Source: Takakia lepidozioides (lineage: Eukaryota > Plantae > Bryophyta). Taken from it: DNA of 64,000 nucleotides. The stretch is from the NCBI GenBank assembly GCA_030704615.1, contig CM060731.1, positions 47,988,001 through 48,052,000 of the forward strand. Reading direction: 5' to 3'. Under the pieces are notes generated by a model that did no database searches, had not been told where the DNA came from, and saw only the letters and a list, made by a program, of their open reading frames with translations. Every line of letters starts with the position of its first letter. Within the stretch, counting starts at the first letter, position 1. Positions 49,981 through 61,999 of the stretch are shown piece by piece. Both the position numbers and the translations under genes were made by a program.

Positions 49981-51876
49981 TCTTCCGAATCCGGACCCTC
50001 GCTGCATCAAGAGCACAAAAGTTCATGGATAAATTTGGCCATGCACTACACAGTCTCACATCTAAGAATCACTGAACACAATTTGATCCAAATTTCCTTT
50101 GAATGATTCTGTGGCGGGCAACTCAGCTATGTACATGTTCATATGGTGGAATAGGCTGCAAATTGTGCAAAGCCGGCTATCTCACCTTACTTCTTTGGAG
50201 AACCTTCGGGATCGGTGAAGTGTAGCTGCGCCTTCAGTTCATTGCCCGGCCTCTGAAACGCTGAGGCAGAATTACGAAAATTGGAGATCGAATGGAATGA
50301 GCGATTTGTCTCCTGCAGTTTAGCATCACCTCTCTCTTTCTTCGAGCTCTCCTCCTCTCAGGAGAAGGGGCCAGAACCAATGAATTGAATTAATCGATAT
50401 CCCATCAGTTCAGTCTACTAGCTCGGTTGGGTCAGTTGTTCAGTTGAGTAGAATACAATGTGACATCTGAGCAGGTGCATTAACAAGGATATGCAGCCTC
50501 ATTCTCACTAAAGTACTCACATGCTCATTTTAATAAGTAGCTATAGGTGGGCATCATCAGAACCCACTAAAGAGAGCTCATATGCCTGGAGACTGATATC
50601 TATGATTTTGAAAGTAGGAAAGAACTTGATGTGATATGAGCGGTTGGATATAAACCAGCTTGGAAGGAAGAGACTGCAGTGCAAAACTCACAAATATGCC
50701 AAAGAAACTAAGTCGAACAGATGTTGACCAGTATTACGTACATCTGGATTCTAGAGTATGCTTCTAATCCCGATAGACGAGAAGTGTTCGACGCAGAGAT
50801 GGGAAAGATGCACCAGTCTTTTTTTGAAGGTCAGATGATGTTTATGAGCGAAGAGACACAAGACGGTTGGTGTTCTCAAATTCTAATTCATACGGTCCGC
50901 TTTGCTGCATCATTCATTCACGTACATCCCACTGAACTTCGAAAGTCTTGAGTAATAAGCTCTCAAGAAGGTTCAAACATTGAATCGTCATCATAGTCCT
51001 GATGAGGTGGTGAAGAGATTATATCGCACGGCCCACTCAATCTCCGATGCAAACATTTACACCTGGACTCAGCTCATTGAAAGAGGGCGTAGAAATGTGA
51101 CCCACGAGGCAAGATTCGAACCCCAGCCATCCAGCAGAACATACTGTATGCATGCCCGAGAAACTACGATCGGCCGCGTACCCTTGCACAAAAGTGCCTA
51201 TGCATGATCTCGAAGCCTCCTTTCGGGATCTTGATTGTTGTCTGTTCTGATCTGATTGTTGTGTCACGTGACGATTTATGTGCATACATGTGCAGGAACC
51301 TGAAATGTGCTAGTAATTTCTTTGGTGGTGAGAGGATCGACCTGACTCTCATCTAAGTGTTGTTTTTATCTTAGAGGAGACCGAGGAATCGATTGGAAGT
51401 GTTCAAGAAGAGACACTTGGCCTTGATCTTGATCTTATAGTTGCTATGTGAAGCTACAGGACGAATCCTAGCATCAAATGTAATCTCTACCGAATATGAA
51501 CCTAGGGTTGACTCTGATTTATAATTCGAAGCACATGTCGGAGTCTGATCAGAAACAGGAATGAAATCAAAAGCCTCATAGAATCCACAGTGGCCCTGAT
51601 CGTGTTGTTTCATATCTTAGAGAATTGACAATTATACCTCTAGACTGTTCACAATCACAAATCACTATGAGAGTCGACCTCTCTTGCAGGTAGGAATGCA
51701 ATCAGAGGTAGAGAAAATTTGATTCCCGTGGGTAGCTTGCACATGAAAATTTGAGGAGTACTATGGAGCACGCAGTATGTATGTGAACTGCAATTAATAC
51801 TGAATATTGCTACAGAAACTTCCTGCCGATTCTCGACTCGTTCTCGAATTCCAGATTTCTATTGTCTGCAGTAATT

Positions 51877-53413
51877 ATGTTAGAACTAGAAGTACGACTG
51901 CCACGGGAGACTAGAAAGATCGAATGGGACAAGGCATCTCCAACTTTTTGTGAGGTCAAGCAAAGACTTGAAAGCTGTGGAGTTGCTAAGAACTGGTGTG
52001 TCGAGATCTTGCGTGGGGATGAATATTTGTCACCTGACGATGATGCGCAACTTAAGAATATTAAGAAACTTATTGTTCGAGCATCGCCAATCGGTGATAG
52101 AAGACTGCTTCAACAATTCCCGTCTGCGGATTCTTCAACTGCAGACAATGAAACAGGTTCGTCCTCCTGGGCCCTTCCACTTCCGATTATCTTTTTTGAC
52201 GTGCATTCCTTTGGCAACGTAATGTAACCAAAGCTTTCCTTGGTCACAATTTGGCTCTGGCCACCACAAAGGAGTGGTATTTCTTCTTCTCACGTTGACT
52301 AGGAATGGCTGCCAGGAACTTCACTATGATCCAATACATTGATATGCTACCTTGCCAGGTGAATCCCAGGGTTCAACAACACCGGGGCCGAAACCCAACT
52401 TGGCAGAAATGTTTGAAACTGTGATCAACTATGTGGGCCGCGTGTATGTATGTGAACGTGATTGTAAGCAGGCTGATATTGTACATGTTGACAATTGCAA
52501 GGGAACTGTGGGGCTTGTGGGCTGTGGTGGCGAATCCATCGGATGTTGGCACATACTGGAGGCTGCAGTGAATAAACCAACCCAGTACAAGTTCTTCATT
52601 CAGTACCCAAATTACGCACACAATCTTGCCTTTGAAGCCCAAATCAAGGATAATCTGATTAGCTCGGACCTGGACTTGTTTGTGGCCGAGCCCATCGAAA
52701 CTTTGCCGTATGAAACTGCGCACCTCCAATGTGCGCTTGATGTCTCCCTAGCAGACACTGTCCACTGCTTTGGGTTTCCAGAGGTCGTGGACCGCGAGAT
52801 TATTTTGGGATACAAGAACAGGAAACACGAGGGTCAGATTTTCGCAGACTCTGAAGTGGAAAGAAGGCTGAAACTCCCCACCATCTTCTCTGGGCGGGTG
52901 TGTTTCAATGGATGGAAGCAAGCTGTGGCAGACTACCTGTGCTTCCCCAACTGTTCGGGAGGTATTCTTGTTGACGACTATGGTCATCTCAAAGGAGTTC
53001 ACGTTGCAGGGTTCAGAGTTGGACAGAAGCTCGACTTCCGTAACCTCAGGGTGACCAAGACCAGGGCAAAGGCACCACAAAGGATTGCCAGTAGAAAATC
53101 TAAATCACAACCCAAGCTCAATCTGCGCAGAAGCCTACAGAATCTGTATGCGGGCGTCAATTCCTTCTGCTCCGACACTGCCTGCTGCCTCAACGCCTGC
53201 AGGAATGAGGTTGCTGCTTTTGTTCCAGTCCAAATCTTTGAGGAACAGCTCGAACTTGCTCGACTCCGCTTGATCCGCTGTACAGGCAGCAAACCTTCCA
53301 GAGATAAGCCAAGAAAAAGTCGCTTACAGGAAGAGGACGATGACACCTACAAAAATCCCAAGAGAGTGCGGAGCCATAGATCCCATAATCCCTTAATCTG
53401 GTTACGATCTTGA
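51877..53413 (+). CDS. Ubl-like domain + trypsin-like serine protease + basic tail (paralog B); join(51877..52156 or ..52093,52359..53413), 444 or 423 aa
   Basis: Either phase-1 donor joins acceptor CCAG|GT in frame; GCWHIL (His), DLDLFV (Asp), VHCFGFP, FPNCSGGILVDDYGHLKGVHV (Ser codon 52955-52957); K/R-rich tail. Confidence 0.85.
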
Positions 53414-54239
53414 CATATATATGTATATGTGTGTACAATGAATCTCACAAGGCTAGGATCAAATTCACATATGCATCATGCAGAACCAGCTGCAAGGGAG
53501 AGGAGATGATGCCAGGAGGGTTTGCCAGGGGCTTGGCATCCACAAACACCATTGGTACTCAGTTCCAGGCAGGAATAATCTTTGATTACTAAACAGAACC
53601 ATGAGTATATAAGATATGTAGTCACGATAACCCCCCAAAAGGAGAGGGATTTACATGCAACGCACTGATGGTTTGTGGTTTCTTCAAGAGGTGCTGATGC
53701 CACTTGAAAGGACTCTGGTATCACCCTGAATGCAATTGAAAACTGTTAAATGTTGGATATTAAACTACAGTGTCTACATACAATCATATTGCATCGAGTT
53801 GGAGTAAATCATCTTACAACCTCCACAGCTGCAAGTGGTTTGCCGAAACCATTGTGGCTGCAAAGCTTTGAGCTAAACTGTCAAAGTTACAACCCCCGTG
53901 GACTATAATCAGTAATCAATTTGAAATCCTCTCCTGCTGGTGGCATGTAGAAAAAACAGGTGTTAATACAGGATGTTCCCAGTCAATCCTAAGAGAATCA
54001 CCCTCTGAGACCCAGCTTGTTTTAATCTTTTGAGGATCATTTGTACATTGATTTCCACTGCATGATTTCACACCATGGTATCTTCCAAGACTTTCTTCAT
54101 GCCTACTCTGGGGAAGAGGGCAGGTCATCAAGTACAGAACTTACTGTCACCTTCAATGACACAACATTTTCTTTCAACAGCACTGTTTGCTAACCAAAAT
54201 GATGACATCATGATCACTGTTCTCAAGAAGAGCAGACCT

Positions 54240-54551
54240 GGTGGTGAACTCAGATAGCATCCCATACCTTGAATGCACACCCAATGATGTTTGAGATGAA
54301 CTTGGTGGCAGAGTGGCAGTGACTGCACACGCAAAGGTTCTCGGTGATGTCCCACTGATCAGTCCAAAAGCGGCAGCCAGCTTCTCACTTTGGTTTGCAA
54401 ACACCAATTACTTATCCTCAACATAACTCCATACACGTGTATGAGTGTCAGGAACATACTCAGCCTGCTTCATCCACCCAGACAATCTCCTTAGATCAGG
54501 GTGATCCTCCATCCGTGGATGCAATTTGTGTTGCACAACAAATGTATGCAC
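54240..54551 (-). pseudogene. Decayed E+/DYW deaminase domain downstream of the PPR stop codon
   Basis: VHTFVV..HP, QSEKLAAAFGLIS, frameshift, then NLCVCSHCHSATKFISNIIGCAFKVWDAI*VHH; compare consensus HSEKLA..NLRVCxDCH..KFIS..VRDANRFHH. Confidence 0.85.
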
Positions 54552-56375
54552 CTAATTGTCCACCTCCATGCAGCAGCACCTTGGTTCCTTGCTGACACCG
54601 CTGCCCTCCATCATTTTGCTCACGGTTGCTGTATCGTCCAGTTTGCCAGTTTCAGCATAGTCACTGGAAATGTGCTGTGGATCCCACTTTAGAAGGCATT
54701 TTGCTGCACGTTCTGCTAGCTTCACATCCCCTTGACTTCTGCAGGCACTGAGCAAGGCCCCCCACACATGTTTACCTGGTTCAATTGGCATTTTCTTTAT
54801 GAAGTCCTCTGCGTCATCCAGCCGTCCCAAACGACCAAGAAGGTCCACCATGCAGACAAAATGCTCCACTGTAGGGGTGAGGCCATGATCTTGAATCATG
54901 GTGCCAAAGTAGTGATGGCCTTCATCCACTAGGCCCACATGGCTGCAGGCAGAGAGGACAGATATAAACGTGATTCCATTTGGCTTCAAGCCTTCCTGTT
55001 GCATTTGTTCAAATAGTTGGAGGGCCTTCCTACCACCCCCATGCTGAGCATATCCTGCTATCATTGCACTCCATGAGACTATATCTCGTTGAGCCATATT
55101 ATCAAACACTTGATGTGCATCCTTCATGGCCCCGCATTTGACATACATGCTAGCCATTGCAGTTTCCAGGATGACATCTGGAGCAATTGCAGCTTTGATG
55201 ATGTCAGCATGGACCTCCTTGCCCTTTTCCAGGGCTGCCAGGCTAGCACATGCATTGAGAACACATGTGAAAGTGACCTTGTTGGGTGTCACCCCTTTGG
55301 CTATCATCCCCTCATAAAACTCCAAAGCTTCTCTGTTATACCCATGCCGAGCATATCCAGATATCATTGCATTCCACAAGACCACATTTCGTTGAGCCAT
55401 CTTGTCGAACACGTCATGCGCATCCTTCATGCTTCCACATTTGGCATACATGTCAACAAGGACAGTCTCCAAAATTGTATCTGGCAAAATTCCAGCTTTG
55501 ATAATGTCAGCATGAACCTCTTTGCCTTTTTCCAGGGCTCCCAGGCTGGCACAACCAGTGAGAATGCAGATGAACGTTACCTTGTCTGGCATCACTCTTT
55601 CCCATATCATTTGTTCATAAATCTCCACAGCCTCCCTACCATATCCATGCTGTGCATATCCTCCAATCATCACATTCCATGACACCACATTTTGTTGACC
55701 CATGTTGTTGAACACTTCACGTGCATCATGTATGCTCCCGCATTTGGCATACATGTTAGCCAGGGCAGTCTCCAGAACAATATCTGGTGCAATTCCGGCC
55801 TTGATGATGTCTGCATGGACCTCTTTGCCCTTTTCCAGGGATGACAGGCTAGCACAGGCATTGACAATGCAAACGAATGTGACCCTGTCAGGAGCTACTC
55901 CTTCACATTGCATTTGCTCGTAGATCTCAAAAGCCTCCCTACCACACCCATGCTTGGCATACCCTCCTATCATGGTATTCCAGGTAAACAAATCTCGTGT
56001 CGGCATTTTGTCGAATACTTGACATGCATCCAAGAGGCTCCCGCACTTCACATACATGTTGATGAGCGTGTTTAGGAGAAAGATGTTTGTCTTGGATCCA
56101 CTTTGGAGAATGTGGGCATGCACCTGCTTACCCTCTGCAAGGCCCTTCATCTTGATGCACTCCTGTAAGAGGTAGGCATAAGCACTGGAATCTGCCAAAT
56201 TGCCTCGGTGGTCCAAATTGTGCAAGGCCTGCTTTATTTGTCCTGCCCTACATAGTGTCCTCACATTCGAACTGGTGCCAAAAAAGTTCTTGTTGATTCC
56301 CTCTCTTGGTAAACTTTCGAAAGCAGGGGGGCGGGTGCCAAATTCAAACAACTGTCTCGGATTGAATGCTGCCAT
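54552..56375 (-). CDS. PLS-class PPR protein (organellar RNA-editing factor type), ending in a partly deleted E domain
   Basis: 607-aa ORF with P-L-S triplets, HFVCMVDLLGRLG, VWGALLSAC and KEPRCCCMEVDN*; transit-peptide-like N-terminus. Confidence 0.9.
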   Translation of the reverse strand: MAAFNPRQLFEFGTRPPAFESLPREGINKNFFGTSSNVRTLCRAGQIKQALHNLDHRGNLADSSAYAYLLQECIKMKGLAEGKQVHAHILQSGSKTNIFLLNTLINMYVKCGSLLDACQVFDKMPTRDLFTWNTMIGGYAKHGCGREAFEIYEQMQCEGVAPDRVTFVCIVNACASLSSLEKGKEVHADIIKAGIAPDIVLETALANMYAKCGSIHDAREVFNNMGQQNVVSWNVMIGGYAQHGYGREAVEIYEQMIWERVMPDKVTFICILTGCASLGALEKGKEVHADIIKAGILPDTILETVLVDMYAKCGSMKDAHDVFDKMAQRNVVLWNAMISGYARHGYNREALEFYEGMIAKGVTPNKVTFTCVLNACASLAALEKGKEVHADIIKAAIAPDVILETAMASMYVKCGAMKDAHQVFDNMAQRDIVSWSAMIAGYAQHGGGRKALQLFEQMQQEGLKPNGITFISVLSACSHVGLVDEGHHYFGTMIQDHGLTPTVEHFVCMVDLLGRLGRLDDAEDFIKKMPIEPGKHVWGALLSACRSQGDVKLAERAAKCLLKWDPQHISSDYAETGKLDDTATVSKMMEGSGVSKEPRCCCMEVDN

Positions 56376-59300
56376 CCTACAGGACTAAAGCTCTTAAGTC
56401 CAAACCTTGTACTGAAACTCAAATATATTCGTGTAAGTGCAGAGTAACTTCAGACACGCATATGAAAAGCAAATGGATAAAAGAGAAAACAAGACCATAC
56501 CCAAGGCAGAAAAAAGAGAATCTCTTTGGAGAAAACCGACAAAGCCAAGAAACCAGGCCTTCACAGGACGAGACAAAAACAGAAAAAGCAAACAATTGAA
56601 CAAGACTGCAGCCCTGTATGTTAGTCTATCCGAGTACAAAACAAGTCAACCCAGTTCTTGAATAGTCTGGCTAACAGGGCCACGACTCAAACTCACAGAA
56701 GAATATGGTTGTCTAGTAAATACTTCATGATCAGAATTCATGAGTCCTGCCTACACATGAAGTTACCAATTGTGACTGTTTCCATTAGAACCTTTCATCG
56801 TCATCCAGAATAATACCTGCTGTATTCTTGGCTTGGAGGTCCATAGTGAGCACCACTCCAAGATTGTGCTCGACCTTGAAATCTAGCAGATAGCTGGGCT
56901 CTCACCCAAGGCAGGTTTGACCAACCCTCAATCCAAAGACCCTCCCCTGTCCGTTTATGTCTACAGTTTGGTGATGGTGGGCTTGTCTGTGAAAACCACC
57001 CAAGGAAAGGTAAGTGGCATCCTTGCAAAGACTATGCTATCTTAGAGCATCCTTCAAATAATGAAGAACATCTCATGTCCTGCTAACAAGGAAGGACAAC
57101 CTAATAGCCACAGTAAGAAACCCTTTGGCGGCAATTCCATGACGAAGAAAAATATTTGATGAATCCAAACACGTGGAGCTACAATTCAGTCCACAAAACA
57201 TCATCATGCTGACCAAGTCAATATTGATACCTCTTTCACGTCCTCAATGACGAGAATCTTACCTTATGAAACCTCTTGTTCCATCTCTTGTTCCATAAGT
57301 GTGAAGGATCTGAGAAGAACTCCTGCCAGAGCCATTCCCTGCTTACTTCTTGGTCTGCATTCAAACATCACTAAAATCTTGATCTTTCGCAGCTCCTAAT
57401 TGGGCTTACTTAAGATTGCATAGACTTCCCATAAGATAGACACCCTTACACCCCCCAAAATTTCGAAAGGAATGTGTGAAAGGCAGTGCAACCAAGCTAC
57501 AGGTGTTACATTTTTCTGAGAATGGGAGTTGGATCAGCATTTCTGGCATCATGTCTACACCAGCCCTAAAATCGATGCTCAATTTCCAAGAATTGGATTA
57601 TGCGCGGGAGCTATGGTGTTCCACACCTCAATGGGTAGAAATGTGGTTGTAATGTGTGTCGGAGCCTATCGATCCCACTGTTGAAAGTGTTTTGAAAGTG
57701 TTATATACCTTCCCTCAGTTTCCCTGCAGGCTGGGGAGTTGTCACAGCCACCACTTGCAAGGCTACTGTTGGGCCCGGTAATCCCGAGTTGCATGCCCAT
57801 TTCCATTCCACAGCCTGAGCAGTTAATTCGGCCCATGCTGTCAGAAGTCCCACCCGTTCACCGCAAGCAGAAGACAGGGACTTGAGCATGGTCACTGACT
57901 GCGCTCCACAAACGCTGCCATCCCCCTAGGCTTGTTTCCACCATGCTAGAGCTTCTCTCTACCCGCCTCTTCTATATATGTAAGCTGCCATGGGGAGTGA
58001 ACAACTCGGATTCATAATTTGTTCTTTGGTTGCCAAACTGTCGTGCTTCAACCCATTTTGACGGTTGTCTCTCTGCCTCGATTCATAGAGAGATCTGTCC
58101 CTGTCCGAGATCATCCTCACATTCCACGCCTCTCCAATTACCAGGAAAGTTGAAAGTTGTATCAACTTTGCCAAAATATTCCACCTTTTTTCCTGATCTT
58201 CCCTCCTTTGGAATGAAGCTTGTTCTCTCATATCTCCATGAAGAAGCAGCTCACACTCTAACATCACCCCGTCCTGATACCCTCTCTTGGCCATCCCTCG
58301 GGAATATGCACTTGTAGGTACTTGAATCAGCCTCCTCTTTGAAAGCTACAGGATACAAAACCCGTGCTACATAGGACTCTCAATACATATGGGCCAACCA
58401 GCTTGTGTCCATGGAGCTAAACAATGAATGCCTTCCAAGCTCCTCTCAAGTCCAGATATGAACGAGCCACCCCCACACTGAGCAAAATGGAGTGTTCCCC
58501 TGCATGACCTTCCTCATTAGGTACTACAGTAGACGCAATTTGAAAAATTGGGCTTTAATAAAGTTCGATCCTTCCTGTTCACCTGGATTCCCAAACGACA
58601 CTACCGCGGCGATTGTGTATGATTGCTGGAAGTGCAATGCGATCTGCCGGAATGTACTTTTTTTTTTTGAGAACAGGGGGATTGTAGCCCTGGAAATTCT
58701 ATTAAAGTAAGGAAAAAATAACCTTACAAATAGCCATGAAGGCAGAGGAAAGAGGTACCACTCAGAGCCAATAGTTCAAAGGGAGGGGAGAGAAAAGCAG
58801 GAACCATTAAGCACAAGGATTGTGCCAAAGGGGCTGCACTAATGATCCTGCAGCTAAGATATAAGAAACTGCCTTAGAATTAGGCAGTTTTTAAAGGAAG
58901 CAGCATCAAAGCTGCAAGAAAGAACCTAAGAGATGCCACAGGAATCAGAACCAAGAGTCCAAGGCAAATGAGGCCTATGAATCAAGGATACTGCATGCAG
59001 CTACAACAGAAGCAGAGCTGGTTCTAGTCAACACCTGTCAACACACGAGCAGAAAGAAAACTACTCCGAGCAGATACAGCAATGGTTAGTACAGCTATTT
59101 TCTCAGCAGAGAAGCCATCTGTCCTTTATGACTGGGTAGCTAGACAGAATGAGGGTGACAAGGTGGTAAGATTGGTGATTCTTCATGATGGATATCTTGT
59201 GATATCTCTGTTGAGGCAGTTCAGGAAGAGCTTAACCACGAATGCCAAGAGTCTGAAGCACCAAGTAGAGAAGCAGGGGAGATGGACTACACTAAAGAAG

Positions 59301-59439
59301 AAGAATTGCAGACTACGCGCTGCCCCTTTTCCTTTTGGGGGCTTCGAAGGACAGCTGCGTCTTGGACTTTCCTTCCCTTAGGCTGCGCTTGTGCCTCCAA
59401 TTAACCTCACCGTCTTCCAGTCCAAAGGAGAAATCCTGG

Positions 59440-59797
59440 CGCTAACGGAGCTGCCAGCACTTATTTTTCCCTTTGAGGAAAGGATGTCGGCTGACGCTCT
59501 ATCAGGATGCTCATATTTATGACAACACTCTCGCCAGTATCCCTCTCGATGGTCCAAAGTCTTTTGTACAAGCACGGTGTTGGGAAGAGATGTGTACTGC
59601 GATCAACGATGCTGAGATCTTGCGGTACATAGCAGGCTGGTGGGTGTTTGATAAAATTACGCTGGTACGGGATGTGAACCGTCCAGTGGTGGAAGGAGGG
59701 AATTTAACATAGGGAGAACTGTTGAAGAAGAAAGCAAGCCAGGGTGATGCTGGTTTGGGACGACAAAACATCTCACGACATTTTGTTCGTGAAATCG
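59440..59797 (+). pseudogene. Isolated phospholipase D (C2-PLD type) exon fragment
   Basis: FPLRKGCRLTLYQDAH, CWEEMCTAINDA, YIAGW, LT*GELLKKKASQG and VWDDKTSHD, with a stop and frameshifts; no other PLD exons in the window. Confidence 0.88.
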
Positions 59798-59939
59798 GTA
59801 TGGAAGTAGCTTACGCTGCATGTGTGATTTGTAAGCATTAGGTTCAGTGTTGGTTTTCAATTAACCGAGTACTTAGCATGAGGGCTTAGCTTGTCGCGTG
59901 AATACGTCATCAGTCTTTAGGATTAAGTGTAAAGGGTAA

Positions 59940-60319
59940 GGCCGGGTTTAGACCGCCGAAACGAGGGGCTAAAAATGCGATGGTGGTCAATGATTGGACG
60001 AATTTCAGGTTTTGGCCGGTGGATAGTTTAGACATGGTCAATGAAAAACTCCCAATCTAGGTGGCACTGCTGGATGCATATGTAGCACTTTTGAGCGGCC
60101 AAAAGTGAGAACTAGCTTCCCAAGAATGGTCCAGTGGCCAAAAGGTTTTGCCGATGTTTTGCCAAGTGGTTACGTTCCCCTACGATGGAGATGGAGTTGC
60201 AAGTGGTGGAGTCCGCGATGGAGGCCGTCCAATCGCTGGCCGTCAGCGTTTTAGCCTGTCGACACTTTACAAACCTTTCGTTTCGGCCTGTCACGCCTGG
60301 CTTGTGTCTAAACCCGGCC
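59940..60319. mobile_element. Tourist-like (PIF/Harbinger) MITE, 380 bp
   Basis: Perfect 14-bp TIRs GGCCGGGTTTAGAC / GTCTAAACCCGGCC; TSD TAA (59937-59939, 60320-60322). Confidence 0.9.
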
Positions 60320-60465
60320 TAAGCCTCCGAGTGGAGGGGATTACCGAAATGAGGCCCACCACGAGGCGGTAGCCAAATGGGGGGGCGAGTGTAGGTAATC
60401 CCCGACAGAAGGAGGCTTACCGCGCGTGAGGAACGTGCAAGGAACACAGAGGGAACGCTGTAACG

Positions 60466-60572
60466 CACTGTCCAGCCTGGCGGGTAGATTATAGGAGTAT
60501 GTAACTCACTGGCCAGCCTGGCGGGTAGATTATAGGATCGTGTAACTCACGAGCCAGCCTTGCCTGTAGATT
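60466..60572 (+). repeat. About 41-bp tandem repeat, ~2.5 copies
   Basis: ccagcctggcgggtagattatagga...tgtaactcac repeated. Confidence 0.85.
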
Positions 60573-61999
60573 CACTGGTTTCCTTTGAGGGAAAAAGCTA
60601 AAAGTTCTTTACGGCTTGTACATACTCGCATCATCAGAAAATAACCATTGTTGACACTGGTGGACCATACGCCCCAGGAGATTGAGCCACCACCGTTCCC
60701 TGCACCTTATGGCTCGTCCGGGCTCGTCCGTGTCGCAGCATAGTACGGCACCCGCACCACCAGCTCCCACCACCGTAGCTTGCACCCTGCATGCTGGCCA
60801 ATCACTCTTGCTCGCTCGCTGCCTCGTCGTTTTACAAAGCTCCATAAGAAGTCGCAAGTACTTCGCGAATTTTCCAGAGGCCACCGCCCAGTCATTTAAG
60901 CGTCTAGAACTTTCCGCTATTTCTACGCAACGATCTACACCCGCCCTCATGATTCGGACGTTCCAGCAGCCCAGCCCGCCCTCCCCATTGGCTGGGCCAT
61001 TTGCCTTCGTCTTTCTAACCTTCCCGATTAACGCCTCGGAGGATTTGGGATCTTTATTTATTTATTGACCTCTTTTATTGGTGGCCTGGATCTTACTGGA
61101 GGTTGATGGGATACGCCTTCCCATCGACTTTTTGCAACATTCCAGAAAGAGCATAAGAATGACTTCCGCAACAAGTCATGGGATGTGAGCGACATGTATC
61201 TGTACCAAATCCATGTTCTAGTCTTAACCCTTAAGTGCCTAAGCGACCCATTTTGGGTCGGTTGGGTTTGCCATAACTTCCTGCGGTTAAGGCTGATTGG
61301 GGGATTTTTGGGCTCAATAATCTGACTTTTTCGCCAAAAAGCAGCAGCAGATAAATTTCAGGGGCCTAAATCTTGCCGACGTGGACCAGTCAAAACATGA
61401 CACCTGGAATATAGCCACTTTTCTAACTATGCTACCTCGATATTCTCGCCACATGGGCACTGGGTAGAATTCACAGGAGGCCCCGCCAGCGATTTTAGAA
61501 ATATGAAAAAAAAAAACACTGGGTTAGGGTGAATGAAAGATACCCCATAAAGGAGCGGGCGGCACGTTTCCCCAAGCCCCTTGATTGCCCCGGGGGGGGG
61601 GGCATGGCGGCTGGCGCAGGTTTGGTCATTCCCAGGCCTGGGCTCTAACCTGCAATCGACGGCGATGCCCCTCAACACCATGGGCCCATAGCAGGGCAGG
61701 CTCGAGAGAGTGCCGCCGCGATGGCGGCAGAGCTCGCAGCTCGAGAAAAACTCCCATCAGGGGTGGGCCAAACCTAGGGCGGGGGTTTGATAGGGTTGAG
61801 GGTGGAGTGGCCCCCATGAATGCAGGGCCGGGTAGCCAGAGGACAAACCCCGTGCCCTATCCTAGGCTTGCAGGCTGTAACATAGGTGTTCCATTTGAAG
61901 TCTTGGGCAGGGAACCTAAAGCTGCGAGGGCATTGCCTGATTGGCCTCAAAATGTTTTGAGGACTTCATATGGATGCCCATGACATTTCTACCGGAGGG

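Noticed and set aside
56800-58500. Possible decayed gene upstream of the PPR gene
   Set aside because: Frames contain stops and match no family I recognise; may be UTR or intron sequence.
61224-61250. piggyBac-like end TTAA-CCCTT
   Set aside because: No matching AAGGG-TTAA end found in the window.
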